Origin: Patescibacteria group bacterium
GTDB lineage: Bacteria > Patescibacteriota > Patescibacteriia > UBA11705 > DATKZF01
Assembly (NCBI GenBank): GCA_049319825.1
Contig: JBMORT010000002.1
Span: forward strand, 114,002 to 178,001
Direction of reading: 5' to 3'
DNA length: 64,000 nt
Shown here: piece after piece, positions 42,257 through 55,364 of the stretch
Layout of the letters: every line of letters starts with the position of its first letter
Numbering within the stretch: position 1 is the first letter of the stretch
The notes under the pieces: generated by a model
The model's database searches: none
What the model was told of the DNA's origin: nothing
The model's input: only the letters and a program-made list of their open reading frames with translations
Program-made: the position numbers and the translations under genes

Positions 42257-42654
42257 GCACAGGGCAAAACCCTGTGCCTGTCAGCGGCGGAGTAATGAGG
42301 AATATCGGCTCGCCATTACCCCGCCGCTGCGGCGCGCTGCGCGCGCCCAATCCCGCGTTTTTTATTATTGAACCTAAATTTTTATCAATATAAAATTTGT
42401 CAAATTTTTTTGTGGATAAGGAGAAAATTTCATTTAAAAATCAGACCATTTATCACTAAAATTAGCAAAAAAACGCCTGATCAAGAAAAGGCTTGACAGC
42501 CCCGGATAATATTGATACTATAAGAATACTGTTTACGCCGCTGCGCCCTTTATTTTAGGGCCAAAAGTAATATTTCACGCGGAAAAACTTATGCTCACAA
42601 CCTAATTTTTATAATTTTCTAAAAAACTCGTTCCAAGGGAAGGGGAATATTTTT

Positions 42655-45600
42655 ATGTCTAAAAAACTAAAAACAGCCGTAAAACGCAAATTTTTCACCC
42701 AGCCATACCGTTTGGAAATGCCTGATCTGATCAATATCCAAAAGGATTCGTACAATTGGTTTATCAATGATGGATTGCGTGAATTGTTTGACGAAATTTC
42801 ACCAATTGATGATGTTTCCGGTAAGGATTTGGAATTGTATTTTGACGATTATTATTTGGATGAACCGAAATTTGACGAAATTACCAGTAAGGAAAAAAAT
42901 ATTACCTATGAAGCTCCCCTTCGAGTCAAAGTGCGCTTGGTTAACAAACAAACAAATAAAAAAGATGAACAAGAAATATTTTTAGGTGATTTTCCTTTAA
43001 TGACCGATCGCGGCACATTTATCATCAACGGCATCGAAAGAGCCATTGTATCTCAGATCATCAGATCATCGGGCGTGTTTTTTACATCGAATTTCATCCG
43101 CGAACGCAATAAGACTTTTTATGGCGCGAAAATTATTCCCAATCGCGGCGCCTGGCTGGAATTCGAAACCGATACCAACAGCGTCATTTGGGTTAAAATC
43201 GACCGAAAGAGAAAAGTGGCGGCGACTTCGCTGCTTCGGGCGTTCGGATTTACCACGGACGAAGAAATCCGCAACGCGTTTAAAGACGTCGAAACTCATC
43301 CTGACATCAATTATATTGACGCCACCATTAATAAAGACGCGGCCAAAAGCGTGGAAGAAGGATTAATCGAAGTATATAAACGAATCAGACCCGGCGATTT
43401 GGCCACGGCCGATAACGCGAAATCCTTGATCTACGCGATGTTTTTCAATTTCGCCAGATATGATTTCGGGAAAGTCGGACGATATAAGTTGAATCAGCGA
43501 TTCGGCGAGTCGCTGGACATAAATGAAGGCACCAGAATTCTACGCGTTGAGGACATTGTCAATGTGCTTAAGGAAATTATTAAATTAAACATATCGCAAA
43601 AAGAAGCTGACGACATCGATCATTTGGGAAATCGTCGCATCAGAGCGATCGGCGAATTGATCCAAAATAAATTCAGAATCGGTTTGGCGCGCATGGAAAG
43701 AATACTCAAAGATCGCATGACCACCATGGACCCGACCGTGATGACTCCGGCCAAGTTGATTAACGCCCGACCGGTGATCGGCGTCGTCAAGGAATTTTTC
43801 ATGTCCTCGCAGCTGTCTCAATTCATGGATCAGGTTAATCCGCTGGCAGAACTGGAGCATAAGCGACGAATTTCCGCCATGGGCCCGGGTGGATTATCCC
43901 GAGAGCGCGCCGGCTTCGAGGTCCGCGACGTGCACTCCACTCACTATGGACGAATTTGTCCGATCGCCACGCCGGAAGGTCCGAACATCGGATTGGTCGG
44001 TCACTTGGCCAGCTATGCTCGGGTAAATGAGTACGGATTTATAGAAACTCCATATTTTAAAGTTATTCATAAAATCAAAAAGGATTTAAAAGATCCCGGC
44101 GGTAAAAAGATTCTATTTAAAAAAGGAACGCAGGCTAGCGGCGCCGAGCTGGAAAAATCCATTATTCCGGCAGCGGACATTTTGGCTGCTGTCGATTCGA
44201 TCGTCAGTGACGAGGTGGTATATCTGAATGCGATTCAGGAAGAAAAATCAGTCACTTCTTCGGCCACCATTCAAACCGATGAAAATGGAAAAATTTTGAA
44301 AAAACGAGCCAATGTCCGCATGTACGGGGAACCGAGCGTGGCTTATACATTTCGATTGGATTACATTGATGTCGCCTCCAACCAGATTGTCAGCGTGGCC
44401 ACGTCACTGATTCCGTTTTTGGAGCACGACGACGCGGTCAGAGCTTTAATGGGCACGAATATGCAGCGCCAAGCTGTGCCGACCGTTAACCCGCAAGCGC
44501 CGATAGTCGGTACCGGAGTGGAAGAGAAAGCGGCCCGCGATTCAGGGCACGTGATCATTGCCGAAAAAGAAGGCGTTGTCGTCGCGCTTAACGCTTCTCA
44601 AATCGACATTTTGGAAAAAGACGGTAACGTGCGTGTTTATCGTCTGAGAAAATTCGATTGCTCAAACGCTTCAACCTCAATCAATCAACGACCGATAATT
44701 CATATTGATGAAAACGTTAAAAAGGGGCAAATTTTGGCTGATGGCCCTTCCACCGATCGCGGAGAACTCGCGCTGGGACAGAACGTGCTGGTCGCTTACA
44801 TGGCCTGGGAAGGCAATAATTATGAAGACGCCGTCATCATTTCCGAGCGGCTGGTTCATCATGATCGTTTTTCCTCGGTACACATTGATAATCATATCAT
44901 CGACGTTCGCGATACCAAGCTCGGTCCAGAGCAGGTAACGGCGGACATTCCTAATATTTCAGAAGAAAAATTAAAAAACCTCGATGCCGAAGGCATTGTT
45001 AGAATCGGCGCGGTGGTTTCATCCGGCGATATTTTGGTGGGAAAAATTACACCCAAGGGTGAAACTGAATTATCCGCCGAAGAAAAATTGCTTAAAGCCA
45101 TTTTTGGGGAAAAGGCCAGAGACGTTCGCGACACATCATTGCGCTTGGAACACGGTGAACAAGGCAAAGTGGTTGACGTGAAAATATTTTCCCAGGAAAA
45201 CGGCGATAAATTGCCGCCGGGGGTGATCAAATCGATACAGGTCTCCATTGCCAATCTGCGAAAAATCCAAGTTGGCGACAAATTAGCCGGCCGACACGGT
45301 AATAAAGGAGTTATTTCCAAAATCGTGCCGATCGAAGATATGCCGTTCTTGGAAGACGGCACTCCGATTGACGTCATTTTAACGCCGCTGGGCATTTGCT
45401 CCCGTATGAATCTGGGGCAGGTGCTGGAAACACATCTCGGATTAGCCGCGCATAAATTGGGCTATACGGTGGCCACGCCGGTGTTTAACGGCATTGCCGA
45501 AGATATTATTAAAAAGGAATTAAAGGCAGCCGGTTATCCGGAAAATGGCCAATTGACTTTGTACGACGGGAAAACCGGAGCGCCTTTCGATCATAAAATA

Positions 45601-46014
45601 ACCGTAGGATATAATTATATATTGAAGCTCAATCACATGGTCGAGGATAAAATTCATCAACGCTCGATCGGCCCGTACTCGCTGATCACTCAGCAGCCGC
45701 TGGGCGGAAAGGCGCAATTCGGCGGTCAGCGCTTCGGTGAAATGGAAGTCTGGGCGCTCGAGGCTTATGGCGCGGCCAATACATTGCAGGAAATCCTAAC
45801 CATTAAATCGGATGATGTGCTTGGTCGAGCTAAAGCGTATGAATCCATCATAAAGGGAGAATCTATAAAAAGATTGAACGTACCGGAATCTTTCAATGTT
45901 TTAATTAGAGAATTGAAAGGCTTGTGTCTGGAAGTGGAATTGCTCAGTGCAGGCAAACCGATAGATGTCGATGAAGAAAGGGATAATAAAACAACGCCAC
46001 ATAATTTCAATTAA
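42655..46014 (+). CDS. rpoB: RNA polymerase beta subunit
   Basis: [34 protein letters not shown]. Confidence 0.99.
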   Translation: MSKKLKTAVKRKFFTQPYRLEMPDLINIQKDSYNWFINDGLRELFDEISPIDDVSGKDLELYFDDYYLDEPKFDEITSKEKNITYEAPLRVKVRLVNKQTNKKDEQEIFLGDFPLMTDRGTFIINGIERAIVSQIIRSSGVFFTSNFIRERNKTFYGAKIIPNRGAWLEFETDTNSVIWVKIDRKRKVAATSLLRAFGFTTDEEIRNAFKDVETHPDINYIDATINKDAAKSVEEGLIEVYKRIRPGDLATADNAKSLIYAMFFNFARYDFGKVGRYKLNQRFGESLDINEGTRILRVEDIVNVLKEIIKLNISQKEADDIDHLGNRRIRAIGELIQNKFRIGLARMERILKDRMTTMDPTVMTPAKLINARPVIGVVKEFFMSSQLSQFMDQVNPLAELEHKRRISAMGPGGLSRERAGFEVRDVHSTHYGRICPIATPEGPNIGLVGHLASYARVNEYGFIETPYFKVIHKIKKDLKDPGGKKILFKKGTQASGAELEKSIIPAADILAAVDSIVSDEVVYLNAIQEEKSVTSSATIQTDENGKILKKRANVRMYGEPSVAYTFRLDYIDVASNQIVSVATSLIPFLEHDDAVRALMGTNMQRQAVPTVNPQAPIVGTGVEEKAARDSGHVIIAEKEGVVVALNASQIDILEKDGNVRVYRLRKFDCSNASTSINQRPIIHIDENVKKGQILADGPSTDRGELALGQNVLVAYMAWEGNNYEDAVIISERLVHHDRFSSVHIDNHIIDVRDTKLGPEQVTADIPNISEEKLKNLDAEGIVRIGAVVSSGDILVGKITPKGETELSAEEKLLKAIFGEKARDVRDTSLRLEHGEQGKVVDVKIFSQENGDKLPPGVIKSIQVSIANLRKIQVGDKLAGRHGNKGVISKIVPIEDMPFLEDGTPIDVILTPLGICSRMNLGQVLETHLGLAAHKLGYTVATPVFNGIAEDIIKKELKAAGYPENGQLTLYDGKTGAPFDHKITVGYNYILKLNHMVEDKIHQRSIGPYSLITQQPLGGKAQFGGQRFGEMEVWALEAYGAANTLQEILTIKSDDVLGRAKAYESIIKGESIKRLNVPESFNVLIRELKGLCLEVELLSAGKPIDVDEERDNKTTPHNFN

Positions 46015-46033
46015 TCAATAATACTTCAATAGT

Positions 46034-49000
46034 ATGTCTGAAGCGTTAAAAATAAGAGACTTTGATTCAATCCGGCTTAAATTGGCTTCGCCGGAAGAGA
46101 TTACTTCTTGGTCTCATGGCGAGGTGACTCGGCCGGAAACCATAAATTATCGAACGCAAAAACCGGAAAAAGACGGTTTGTTTTGCGAAAAGATTTTCGG
46201 CCCCTCAAAAGATTGGGAATGTTATTGCGGCAAATATAAAAAGATCAGGTATCGCGGCATCATTTGCGATAAGTGCGGAGTCGAAGTCACCAGAGCCATT
46301 GTTCGCAGAGAAAGAATGGGACACATTGAATTATCCAGCCCGGTCACTCATATTTGGTTTCTCCGCGGCGTGCCTTCAAAAATCGGTTTGATTTTGGATA
46401 TTTCCATTCAAAAATTGGAAAAAATTGTTTACTTTGCCAATTTTATCGTTACCGATGTGGACGAGGAAGCCAAAAAGGAAGAGCTGGAAAATTTGAAGAA
46501 GGAATATAAATCAAGGCAAAAATCTATTGAAGCTCAGTTTGTTTCTCAATTAAACGCCACCAAGAATTCCTCACAGCTAAATGAAAAGGAAAAAAAGCAA
46601 AAGCTGCTGGAAATCAATAAATGGAAAGAAAAGGAGCTGGAGCGACTTGATAACAGTTTTGAAAAAAACCAAAAAGACCTGAAAGATCTCGAGCCAATGG
46701 CGATTTTGCCGGAAAATGTTTATCAGGATTTATCTTTAAAGTACGGACATATTTTTGACGCCGGCATCGGCGCTGAGGCGATAAGAGTATTGCTGGAAAA
46801 GGTTGATCTGGATCAGATGATCAAGCGCCTGGAAGCTGAAATTAAGAAGGAAAAAGTCACGAAAAAGAAAAAAGCGATCAATCGCGTTAAATTATTCAAG
46901 AGCTTGAAAAGAAACAACATCAAACCCGAATGGATGGTGCTTAAAGCTGTTCCGGTAATTCCGCCCGATCTCCGGCCGATGGTGCCGCTCGATGGTGGCC
47001 GATTCGCCACTTCGGATTTAAATGATTTGTACCGCCGTGTTATCAGCAGAAACAACCGATTGAAACGATTGATCGAATTGCGCGCTCCCGAAGTGATTAC
47101 CAGAAATGAAAAGAGAATGCTGCAGGAAGCGGTGGACGCGCTGATTGATAATTCCGCGCGCAAGACCAAAACCACAACCGCTTCTACCGGTCAGAAAAGG
47201 AATTTGAAGTCGATCGCCGATTACCTTAAAGGCAAACAAGGCCGATTCAGACAAAATCTGCTGGGAAAAAGAATCGATTATTCCGGCCGAAGCGTGATCG
47301 TGGTGGGGCCGCATCTGAAGCTTCACCAATGCGGATTACCGAAAAAAATGGCGCTGGAGCTGTTTAAGCCTTTTATAATTTCCAGATTGATAAAAGAGGA
47401 ACTGGTTCATAATATTCGCAGCGCCAATCGTTTTATCGAATCCGATCGCCCGGAGGTTTGGGACATCCTCGAAGACATTGTGAAAGGAGCGCACGTATTG
47501 CTAAACCGCGCCCCGACCCTTCATCGGCTGGGTATTCAAGCATTTCAACCGGTGTTGATTGAGGGCAAGGCCATACAGCTTCATCCGATGGTTTGTTCCG
47601 CCTTCAACGCTGACTTTGACGGCGACCAAATGGCCGTTCACGTGCCGTTGACCGAGGAAGCGAAGGCCGAAGCCCGCGATCGCATGCTGTCAATTAGAAA
47701 TTTGCTGAAGCCGGCGACCGGTATGCCAGTGGCGGTGCCGACCATGGATATGGTTTGGGGCTGCTATTATCTGACATTGATGAAAGAATTCGAACACCCG
47801 AAGCATTTCGTGGATACCAAAGAAGCCAAAATGGCTTATGACCTGGGTAAAATCGGTCTGCAGGAAAAAATCGTCATTCAAGTGGCGTACTCGCCGGAGC
47901 TGAATTCTAAGTTGAAAGATAAACGAATAGAAACAACGATCGGTCGAGTGATATTCAATCAACATTTGCCGGAAAAATTGAATTTTTACAATGAATTGAT
48001 TGATAAAAAGAAATTGGGACAGATTACCAGTTTAGCGCTGGAAAAATACGGTTTTGAAAAAACAGCTGAATTTTTGGATGATATTAAAAGTTTAGGTTTT
48101 GCTCAGCTCACCAGATCCGGCTACTCTTGGGGCATGGATGATCTGCCGGAAATTCAAGGTAAGAAAGATCTGATCAGGGAAGGCAACCAGCGAGTCGATG
48201 AGGTGCAGGAGCAATACGAAAGCGGCCTCCTGACTGAGGATGAGCGTTACAGCAAAGTGATTGAAATTTGGACTGATATTAAAGATAAAATTGTCCAGGT
48301 TAGTCAAAAATCGCTTAACGAGGACGGTCCGGTTTATACCATGATCACTTCCGGCTCCAGAGGTTCCTGGGGCCAGCTGACGCAGATGATGGGTATGAAG
48401 GGCTTGGTGACCAATCCGGCCGGACAAATCATCGAGCTGCCGGTCAAGGCCAATTTCAAAGAAGGCTTTTCAGTGCTTGAATATTATATTTCTACTCACG
48501 GCGCCCGAAAAGGATTGTCCGATACCGCACTGCGAACGGCCAATGCCGGATATTTGACCCGAAGATTGGTCGATGTCGCTCAGGACGTGGTGATTTTGAA
48601 AGAAGATTGCGGCGATACCGATGGCAGAATATTCACGAAACAGGAATCAGAGGCCATGGGCCAGACTTTGGCCGCCAGAATTACCGGCAAGATGCTGCTG
48701 GCTGATTTAAAAAATCCCAAAACCGGCAAAGCTATCGTTAAAGCCGGTGAAATCGTCACGCCGGAAATTGCTCGAGATATTGAAAGTATCGATATTGAGC
48801 GGGCTCAAGTCCGAACGCCGCTCAGCTGCAAATTGAGCCGCGGGTTATGTCAAAAATGTTATGGTTTTGATTTGGCCTATAATCGGATAGTCGATTTTGG
48901 CACGGCCGTGGGCATTATCGCCGCTCAGAGCATCGGCGAGCCCGGCACTCAGCTGACCATGAGAACCTTCCATACCGGCGGTGTGGCTGGTCAGGATATC

Positions 49001-49918
49001 ACTCAAGGTTTGCCGCGTGTCGAAGAAATTTTCGAAGCGCGCCCGCCCAAAAAGAAAGCATTGCTCAGTGAAGCGGACGGCACGGTGAGAATTATCGAAA
49101 AACCGAGAGTGATACAGGGGCCCAAAGGCGAGATTATCGCGCAAACCGCTTTTGGTGAGAGAACGCTGCGCATAGAGTTCCTTGATGAGGAAAAAGAAGA
49201 ATATCATTTTAAAGATCGGGAAAAAGTTGATGTCAAATTTAAAGACGGCGGCCAGGTTAAGCAGGGCGAAATTCTTTTCACCGAAGGCAAAAAGAAAGTT
49301 AAGGCGGTCAGAGACGGCCAAGTCCACATTAAGGAAAATTCGATTGAAGTCGTCAACAATATTAAAAAAGAAAAGGAATATGTCATTCCATCCGGCATCA
49401 CTCTTTGGGTCAAAGACGGCGCCGAGGTCAAAAAGGGAGACCAACTGAGCGAAGGCAGCGTTAATTTGGAAGAGTTGTATACGCTCAAAGGCAAAGAAGC
49501 GGTTCAGGGTTACATCCTTAACGAAATTCAATATATTTATTCCTCGCAAGGACAAAAGCTAAACGACAAGCACGTGGAGGTCATCGCCAGACAGATGTTC
49601 TCCCGCGTGTACATTACCGATCCGGGCGACACATACTTATTGGAAGGGGAAATTGTCGAAAAAGCCGAACTTGAGGAAGCGAATCACCAGGTAGCCAAGG
49701 GCGGCAAGCTGGCCTTGGCGGAGGAAATATTCCTGGGCATTACCAAAGTGTCTTTAACCACCAAAAGCTTCTTATCCGCCGCGTCTTTCCAGGAAACGGC
49801 CAAGGTTTTAATCAATGCCGCCGTTACCGGAAAAATCGATCATTTGGAGGGGTTGAAAGAAAACGTGATCATCGGCAAGCTGATACCCGCCGGCACCGGT
49901 TATCAGAAAAAAGATTAA
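46034..49918 (+). CDS. rpoC: RNA polymerase beta' subunit
   Basis: [12 protein letters not shown], Zn ribbon CYCGK...[17 protein letters not shown]. Confidence 0.99.
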   Translation: MSEALKIRDFDSIRLKLASPEEITSWSHGEVTRPETINYRTQKPEKDGLFCEKIFGPSKDWECYCGKYKKIRYRGIICDKCGVEVTRAIVRRERMGHIELSSPVTHIWFLRGVPSKIGLILDISIQKLEKIVYFANFIVTDVDEEAKKEELENLKKEYKSRQKSIEAQFVSQLNATKNSSQLNEKEKKQKLLEINKWKEKELERLDNSFEKNQKDLKDLEPMAILPENVYQDLSLKYGHIFDAGIGAEAIRVLLEKVDLDQMIKRLEAEIKKEKVTKKKKAINRVKLFKSLKRNNIKPEWMVLKAVPVIPPDLRPMVPLDGGRFATSDLNDLYRRVISRNNRLKRLIELRAPEVITRNEKRMLQEAVDALIDNSARKTKTTTASTGQKRNLKSIADYLKGKQGRFRQNLLGKRIDYSGRSVIVVGPHLKLHQCGLPKKMALELFKPFIISRLIKEELVHNIRSANRFIESDRPEVWDILEDIVKGAHVLLNRAPTLHRLGIQAFQPVLIEGKAIQLHPMVCSAFNADFDGDQMAVHVPLTEEAKAEARDRMLSIRNLLKPATGMPVAVPTMDMVWGCYYLTLMKEFEHPKHFVDTKEAKMAYDLGKIGLQEKIVIQVAYSPELNSKLKDKRIETTIGRVIFNQHLPEKLNFYNELIDKKKLGQITSLALEKYGFEKTAEFLDDIKSLGFAQLTRSGYSWGMDDLPEIQGKKDLIREGNQRVDEVQEQYESGLLTEDERYSKVIEIWTDIKDKIVQVSQKSLNEDGPVYTMITSGSRGSWGQLTQMMGMKGLVTNPAGQIIELPVKANFKEGFSVLEYYISTHGARKGLSDTALRTANAGYLTRRLVDVAQDVVILKEDCGDTDGRIFTKQESEAMGQTLAARITGKMLLADLKNPKTGKAIVKAGEIVTPEIARDIESIDIERAQVRTPLSCKLSRGLCQKCYGFDLAYNRIVDFGTAVGIIAAQSIGEPGTQLTMRTFHTGGVAGQDITQGLPRVEEIFEARPPKKKALLSEADGTVRIIEKPRVIQGPKGEIIAQTAFGERTLRIEFLDEEKEEYHFKDREKVDVKFKDGGQVKQGEILFTEGKKKVKAVRDGQVHIKENSIEVVNNIKKEKEYVIPSGITLWVKDGAEVKKGDQLSEGSVNLEELYTLKGKEAVQGYILNEIQYIYSSQGQKLNDKHVEVIARQMFSRVYITDPGDTYLLEGEIVEKAELEEANHQVAKGGKLALAEEIFLGITKVSLTTKSFLSAASFQETAKVLINAAVTGKIDHLEGLKENVIIGKLIPAGTGYQKKD

Positions 49919-49938
49919 TTCAATTAATAAATTGACAT

Positions 49939-51810
49939 ATGAAAAAAAGCATCGCTAAAAACATTACGGTGTTTGTTATCGCGCTGGTGATCATGGCCGC
50001 TATTTTCAGCATGTACAATTTATCATCCCAGGAAGTGGAGCAGATCGATGTCGTCAGAATGATTAACGAAATCAATCAGGAAGAAATTCAGAAAATTGAA
50101 GTTCAAGGATCGAATATTCTAATAACCTTAAAAGACTCCAAGCAACAGCGCTTGCGAAAAGAGCCTCAGGAAAATTTTTCGGAACTGCTTAAAAATTACG
50201 GCATCGATTCGGCGAAATTGCAAAATCTTTCGATCGAGGTGGTTGAAGAAAGGGGCTGGGCCTATTGGTCCGGAACGATTTTTCCTTATTTGCTGCCGGT
50301 GCTGTTGATAGTCGCCTTTGTTTGGTTTATGATGCGCCAGGTGCAGGGAGCCAACACCAAGGCGATGAGCTTTGGGCAAAGCCAAGCCAGAGAATTCGTA
50401 TCCAAAGGTAAAAACAGAATAACTTTTAAAAGCGTGGCCGGGGTTAAAGAAGCCAAAGAAGAACTGCTGGAAGTGGTGGAATTTTTAAAGTTTCCGAAAA
50501 AGTTTTTGGATTTGGGAGCCAAAATTCCCAAAGGCGTGCTGTTGATCGGCCAGCCCGGCACCGGTAAAACATTATTGGCCAAAGCGGTGGCCGGTGAGGC
50601 CGGCGTGCCGTTTTTCAGCATTTCCGGGTCTGAATTTGTGGAAATGTTTGTCGGCGTGGGCGCGTCGCGAGTCAGGGATTTATTTAAAAAAGCCAAAAAG
50701 CACGCGCCGTGCATAATATTTATTGATGAAATCGACGCGGTCGGCCGTCAGCGCGGCGCCGGTTTGGGCGGCTCTCACGATGAACGCGAGCAGACATTAA
50801 ATCAAATACTGGTCGAACTGGACGGATTCGACCCCAATGCCAACGTGATCGTTATGGCCGCGACCAATCGCCCTGATGTGCTGGATCCGGCTTTGCTGCG
50901 ACCGGGCCGTTTTGATCGCCGAGTTGTTTTAGACATGCCGGATATAAAGGACAGAGAGCAGATATTAAAAGTGCATGCTCAGGGCAAGCCGTTTGCCGCT
51001 GATGTCGACTTGAACAAAGTTGCCATGCGCACTCCGGGTTTTTCCGGAGCCGATTTGTCCAATTTATTGAATGAAGCGGCGATTTTAGCCGCCAGAAAAA
51101 ATCAAAAGCAAATCAATCTGGATAATGTTTTAAATAGCATCGAAAAAGTCATATTGGGTCCCGAAAGAAAGAGCCGGGCTTTTTCCGATGATGAAAAAAA
51201 GGTCACGGCTTATCACGAAGCCGGCCATGCGTTGGTGGCGCATCTTTTGCCCGGCACTGATCAGGTTCAAAAAGTATCAATTGTCTCCAGGGGACAGGCT
51301 GCCGGGTACACCCTGAAAATGCCCGTTGAAGACAGGCATCTTCATAAGCGGTCGGAATTCATCAATGATTTGGCGGTGTTGCTGGCTGGCCATACCACGG
51401 AAAAATTGATTTTTGGAGAAGTGACTACCGGCGCCTCGAGCGATCTGAAGCGGGCGACCGAGCTGGCTCGCGATATCATCACCCGATTCGGCATGTGCGA
51501 AAATTTGGTTCCCCGGGTATACGGTGAAAAAGAGGAGCTGGTATTTTTAGGCCGAGATATCAGGGAGCAAAGGAACTACAGCGAAAAAGTGGCCGAAACA
51601 ATTGACCGCGAAATCGATGGATTGATTAAACAAGCGGTCGAGACGGCGCAAAAGATCATTCATGATCACCGGCGAAAACTGGAAGAAATCGTGGAGAGAC
51701 TGATTAGCCAAGAAACGATTGAACGCGACGAATTTATGAGACTGATGGATAAAAATAATGGTGAAAAGCAAAATCACCGGCCAGCTCAAGCTGACATAAA
51801 AATTAATTAA
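49939..51810 (+). CDS. ftsH: ATP-dependent zinc metalloprotease FtsH
   Basis: Two TM helices, [24 protein letters not shown]. Confidence 0.98.
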   Translation: MKKSIAKNITVFVIALVIMAAIFSMYNLSSQEVEQIDVVRMINEINQEEIQKIEVQGSNILITLKDSKQQRLRKEPQENFSELLKNYGIDSAKLQNLSIEVVEERGWAYWSGTIFPYLLPVLLIVAFVWFMMRQVQGANTKAMSFGQSQAREFVSKGKNRITFKSVAGVKEAKEELLEVVEFLKFPKKFLDLGAKIPKGVLLIGQPGTGKTLLAKAVAGEAGVPFFSISGSEFVEMFVGVGASRVRDLFKKAKKHAPCIIFIDEIDAVGRQRGAGLGGSHDEREQTLNQILVELDGFDPNANVIVMAATNRPDVLDPALLRPGRFDRRVVLDMPDIKDREQILKVHAQGKPFAADVDLNKVAMRTPGFSGADLSNLLNEAAILAARKNQKQINLDNVLNSIEKVILGPERKSRAFSDDEKKVTAYHEAGHALVAHLLPGTDQVQKVSIVSRGQAAGYTLKMPVEDRHLHKRSEFINDLAVLLAGHTTEKLIFGEVTTGASSDLKRATELARDIITRFGMCENLVPRVYGEKEELVFLGRDIREQRNYSEKVAETIDREIDGLIKQAVETAQKIIHDHRRKLEEIVERLISQETIERDEFMRLMDKNNGEKQNHRPAQADIKIN

Positions 51811-51834
51811 GCTGCGTTGAGCAGCTTTTTTATT

Positions 51835-52650
51835 ATGAGAAAAATTATAATGATCAGCATATTCTCAATCGTCATCTGCTGCGCTTGTCAATATGAATAT
51901 CCGCAGCAAAATCAAAGCTTGATCAACCACATCGACGAAATTTCTAAGCCGGATTTCATAGATTGGACCAGCGCGGCCGAAGGGATGAGGATTAAGCAAT
52001 TTATCGACGCGGAGCAAAATTTGATCACCGTGGTGAAGGTCGATATATCAAAATACGATTGGGCGCTGGCGCAAGGCGAGCAGCCGCTTACTGTCGGCCA
52101 GTGGCGCGAGGCTTTAAAGTCTAAGGGCAAAGCCGCGGTATTAGTCATTAACGGCGGGTACTTTGACGAGAATTATCAATCAACCGGTTATCTGCGGGTT
52201 GGCGATCTGGAGTTTGGCAAGTTAAGCACCGATGGGAAAAACGGGTATACGGGCATGCTGTTAATTGATGACGCCGGGCCCAGCCTCAGGTATCTGCCCG
52301 CTCAAAATTTTAATGCCGCTGAAAGCATCGAGTATGGCTTGCAGACTTTTCCAACTTTAGTTTGGAACGGCCAAAACAAAATCGAGCAGGATAGCGGTCA
52401 AACTGCCAGACGCACTGTGTTGGCCGCGGATGAACGGGGTCAAATTTACATGGTCATCTCCGAATTATACATCAGCTTGCATGATCTGGCCGATTGGCTA
52501 ATCGCTTCCGAATTGAAAATTCATTCGGCCATCAATCTCGACGGCGGCACATCGACTGGGTTAGCTGTCGAAACCGAGGATCTGCATTATCTGACAAATT
52601 CCGCGCCGGTGCCCAACGTAATTTATTTACTGCCGGCCGATAATCAATGA
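51835..52650 (+). CDS. Phosphodiester glycosidase (NAGPA-like) family lipoprotein
   Basis: INGGYFD, RRTVLA, AINLDGGTST motifs. Confidence 0.85.
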   Translation: MRKIIMISIFSIVICCACQYEYPQQNQSLINHIDEISKPDFIDWTSAAEGMRIKQFIDAEQNLITVVKVDISKYDWALAQGEQPLTVGQWREALKSKGKAAVLVINGGYFDENYQSTGYLRVGDLEFGKLSTDGKNGYTGMLLIDDAGPSLRYLPAQNFNAAESIEYGLQTFPTLVWNGQNKIEQDSGQTARRTVLAADERGQIYMVISELYISLHDLADWLIASELKIHSAINLDGGTSTGLAVETEDLHYLTNSAPVPNVIYLLPADNQ

Positions 52651-52755
52651 TTTTCATTTGTTAATAACTTTTTCGCATAAAATTCTACCTCTGATATAAT
52701 AAAATTAGCTTGAAGTCAAGTTAATTTTAGTAATTACTGAAATAAAAATAAAAAT

Positions 52756-53805
52756 ATGCCTCTTTATCGCCTTATTTTAAAAAGGGCCTGGAAAATCAGC
52801 TGGAAAAATAAGTGGCTTTGGTTCTTGGGTTTTTTTGCCGCGTTTTTGAGCAACGAGACGGTGTATGAATCAATAATGAGCAACTTCAACACCGGATTTT
52901 CCGGCCGCGACTTCGTGTTTATCACCAAAGATTTTTTAGGAGTTGGTTTGCTTGATATTTTCAAATGGTCATTCCTCAAAGATTGGTGGACCGGCGGCGG
53001 TTTGACCTTCTCATTCATGTTGCTTTTAACTGTGGCTTTTGCCTGCCTGCTCTTGTTTTTTCTTTTTATGTCGATTATTTCTCAAGCCGGCCTGGTGAAA
53101 TCGGCCATTACCATTGATTTGGGCAAGAAAATTTCATTAAAACAGGCTTTTCAGTCGGGGATAGAAAAATTTTGGACGGTTTTATGCCTCAATATATTAA
53201 CCAAAGTTATTTTTTTCGGAGCATTTGTTTTTATCGGCTATCTGTTTTCATTGTTGATAAAAGTTAATCCGATCGGGGTGATCGATTATTTTCTATATTT
53301 CCTTTTCGCCGCTATTTTGATATTCGGTGCGTTGATCATTTATTATCTCACCATTTATGGCACGGCCTTCATTGTTCTTCGCGGAAAAAAATTGTTTTCT
53401 AGCATCGGTTTGGCTTGGCACATATTTATCCGAAATATCGTGATTAATTTGGAAATGGCTTTGATTTTATTTGCAATCGTGGTTATAGTCACCATTGCTT
53501 ATCTCATCACCGTCTTTATTTTGGGCGTCCCACTCGTTTTGGTTTATATGTTGCTGAGTTTTGCTTTGGCTCAAAAAGGCGCGCTGATCGCCGCTGGTTT
53601 GGCCGTGGTCATGCTCTTGATAGTTACGGTTTTATTCGGGGCCTGGTATTCAACCTTCCAGCTGTCTTGCTGGTCATTATTGTTTGAGGAGCTGGCGCTG
53701 AAGCGAGCCAAATCAAAGATCAGTCGGATAGTCGAATCGGTCAGATCATCTCTCGGTCGCGCTCCGAGCAGAACCGTAAAACGATCCCATCGCCGAAAAA
53801 AATAA
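52756..53805 (+). CDS. Multi-pass membrane protein
   Basis: 'LKRAWKISWKNKWLWFLGFFA' start and about 6 TM helices. Confidence 0.8.
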   Translation: MPLYRLILKRAWKISWKNKWLWFLGFFAAFLSNETVYESIMSNFNTGFSGRDFVFITKDFLGVGLLDIFKWSFLKDWWTGGGLTFSFMLLLTVAFACLLLFFLFMSIISQAGLVKSAITIDLGKKISLKQAFQSGIEKFWTVLCLNILTKVIFFGAFVFIGYLFSLLIKVNPIGVIDYFLYFLFAAILIFGALIIYYLTIYGTAFIVLRGKKLFSSIGLAWHIFIRNIVINLEMALILFAIVVIVTIAYLITVFILGVPLVLVYMLLSFALAQKGALIAAGLAVVMLLIVTVLFGAWYSTFQLSCWSLLFEELALKRAKSKISRIVESVRSSLGRAPSRTVKRSHRRKK

Positions 53806-53832
53806 AAAAACGCCGTTGATAACGGCGTTTTT
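53806..53832. terminator. Bidirectional terminator
   Basis: AAAAACGCCGTT-GAT-AACGGCGTTTTT between convergent genes. Confidence 0.8.
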
Positions 53833-53853
53833 CAATATTAATTCATGGCCAGA

Positions 53854-54996
53854 TTATTTGTTTGTTTTTTGCCAAACCGTGATTCTTCTGATTAAATGTT
53901 GAGTCGGTCTGGTATAATCCTGATCCTCGATGAGTTTGTACCCGAGTCCGATGATCCGATTGTCGATGTTCAGGCATATCACGGTTTTACCAAATTTAAA
54001 TTTTGGAAAAATGAAGACGATTGAGTGGCTCGGCGCCAACAAACGCTGAAATTTTTCAAAGGTCTGAAAATAGAGTTCCTCAAGGTCTTTTTTTATTTTA
54101 TCCAGATCAATTCTTTTTTCCCTGCCGGAAAGAGGCTTGCCCAAAAACGGTTCAGTGACCACCGCATCGGGCAAAAATGAAAGATCGGTTCGTGAAATTT
54201 TTAGGATATCATGCGTCAGCAGTTGTATTTGAGAGTTGATTTTAAATGTTTTTTTCAACCAATCGATATTTTTTTGAGCTTTGACCACGGTTTCCAGATT
54301 TTTATCCGAACCGATGATTTTTTCAAATCCGGATACTGCTCCTTGCTGCGGTATTGTGCCAAATCCGCAAAAAGGATCCCAGAGATTATTTGTTTTTTGA
54401 GGGATCAAATTGATCATAATTTGCGCTATTTTCGGGGGGAGCATGCCGATCTTGGGATCAAATTCCGGTCGGCCATAGTCGAGTTTGTTCCAGCGTTCAA
54501 AGTTTTGAACCGCCAGAGTTTTGCCTGTCATAAACATACCGTGCAGATGAAAAAAGCACAGCTCTGTTCCGACAGTTATCAGTTTGTTTTTAGTCACGGC
54601 GACAGCGGATAATTCATTGCTTTTCGGGCTGACGAATCGGCAGGAAACTTTTTGTTTTATCAGTTTTTTCAATTCCAATCCGAGCCGGCGAACATTAAAA
54701 TTTTGATTTGAATAATTGCTTAAACCAAAGGTGATTTTTTGCTTGTTAATATTTAACAATTCGATCAGCGCTTCCGGCTTCAATTGCTCGGATTCAAAGA
54801 TTATCTGGCCGAACTTGACACTGCCGCCGAGCCGGCCAAACAAATCAGTGGGAATTTTATTTTTCGATTCGATCACAAAAACATTGTGACTGAAAATCAC
54901 TTTTTTAAATTCTATCGATTCACCGCGAAACACGCTTTCCAATTCAACCTTGGATAAATTCGGTGTCCGGCCGAAGATGAAAAAATACTTGGTCAT
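53854..54996 (-). CDS. Trm11/THUMP-like SAM-dependent RNA methyltransferase
   Basis: LGGSVKFG, GMLPPKIAQIMINL, DPFCGFGT, VTEPFLG; start set at ATG 54996 (MTKYFFIFG). Confidence 0.85.
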   Translation of the reverse strand: MTKYFFIFGRTPNLSKVELESVFRGESIEFKKVIFSHNVFVIESKNKIPTDLFGRLGGSVKFGQIIFESEQLKPEALIELLNINKQKITFGLSNYSNQNFNVRRLGLELKKLIKQKVSCRFVSPKSNELSAVAVTKNKLITVGTELCFFHLHGMFMTGKTLAVQNFERWNKLDYGRPEFDPKIGMLPPKIAQIMINLIPQKTNNLWDPFCGFGTIPQQGAVSGFEKIIGSDKNLETVVKAQKNIDWLKKTFKINSQIQLLTHDILKISRTDLSFLPDAVVTEPFLGKPLSGREKRIDLDKIKKDLEELYFQTFEKFQRLLAPSHSIVFIFPKFKFGKTVICLNIDNRIIGLGYKLIEDQDYTRPTQHLIRRITVWQKTNK

Positions 54997-55077
54997 ATGT
55001 ATAATTGTGGCCGCTGGGCGGAAACCACGTAAGTGTCGATGATTGCCATAAATCAAATTCAACAAGTAATTAAATAA

Positions 55078-55204
55078 AAGCCTGCGTCCAGGCCAGGCCT
55101 CAGCAAAGAATATAGAGGAGAGAGATTTTTCGGTTTCGAATATGTTGTTACATACCCTGGCCGAAATATATTCAAGGCTGTCTAACTTGGCAAGACGCAG
55201 GCTT
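55078..55204 (-). ncRNA. Candidate structured RNA / leader (long hairpin)
   Basis: AAGCCUGCGUC/GACGCAGGCUU closing stem, internal GAAUAUA/UAUAUUC and UUUCGG/CCGAAA stems, followed by a U-tract; TTGCAA-N17-CAAAAT upstream. Confidence 0.5.
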
Positions 55205-55364
55205 ATATTCTCCAATGCTCAACTATTTTGACATATTTATCGGTAAATTGCAAGTCCTTGTCTAAATTTGCATAAAATATTGACAAAAATGATTGAATTT
55301 GATATAATTTAAGACTGAGCTTGAACATTTAAAAGCATAAAACATAAGGGAAAGGAACAAAGCG

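Noticed and set aside
42256-42280. GCACAGGGCAAA resembling the start of a c-di-GMP-I riboswitch
   Set aside because: It is one arm of a perfect hairpin (AGGCACAGGG/CCCTGTGCCT); the GNRA/receptor and P2/P3 elements are absent.
54997-55215. N-terminal extension of the methyltransferase ORF
   Set aside because: Family-like sequence starts at MTKYFFIFG; the extension overlaps a structured non-coding hairpin.
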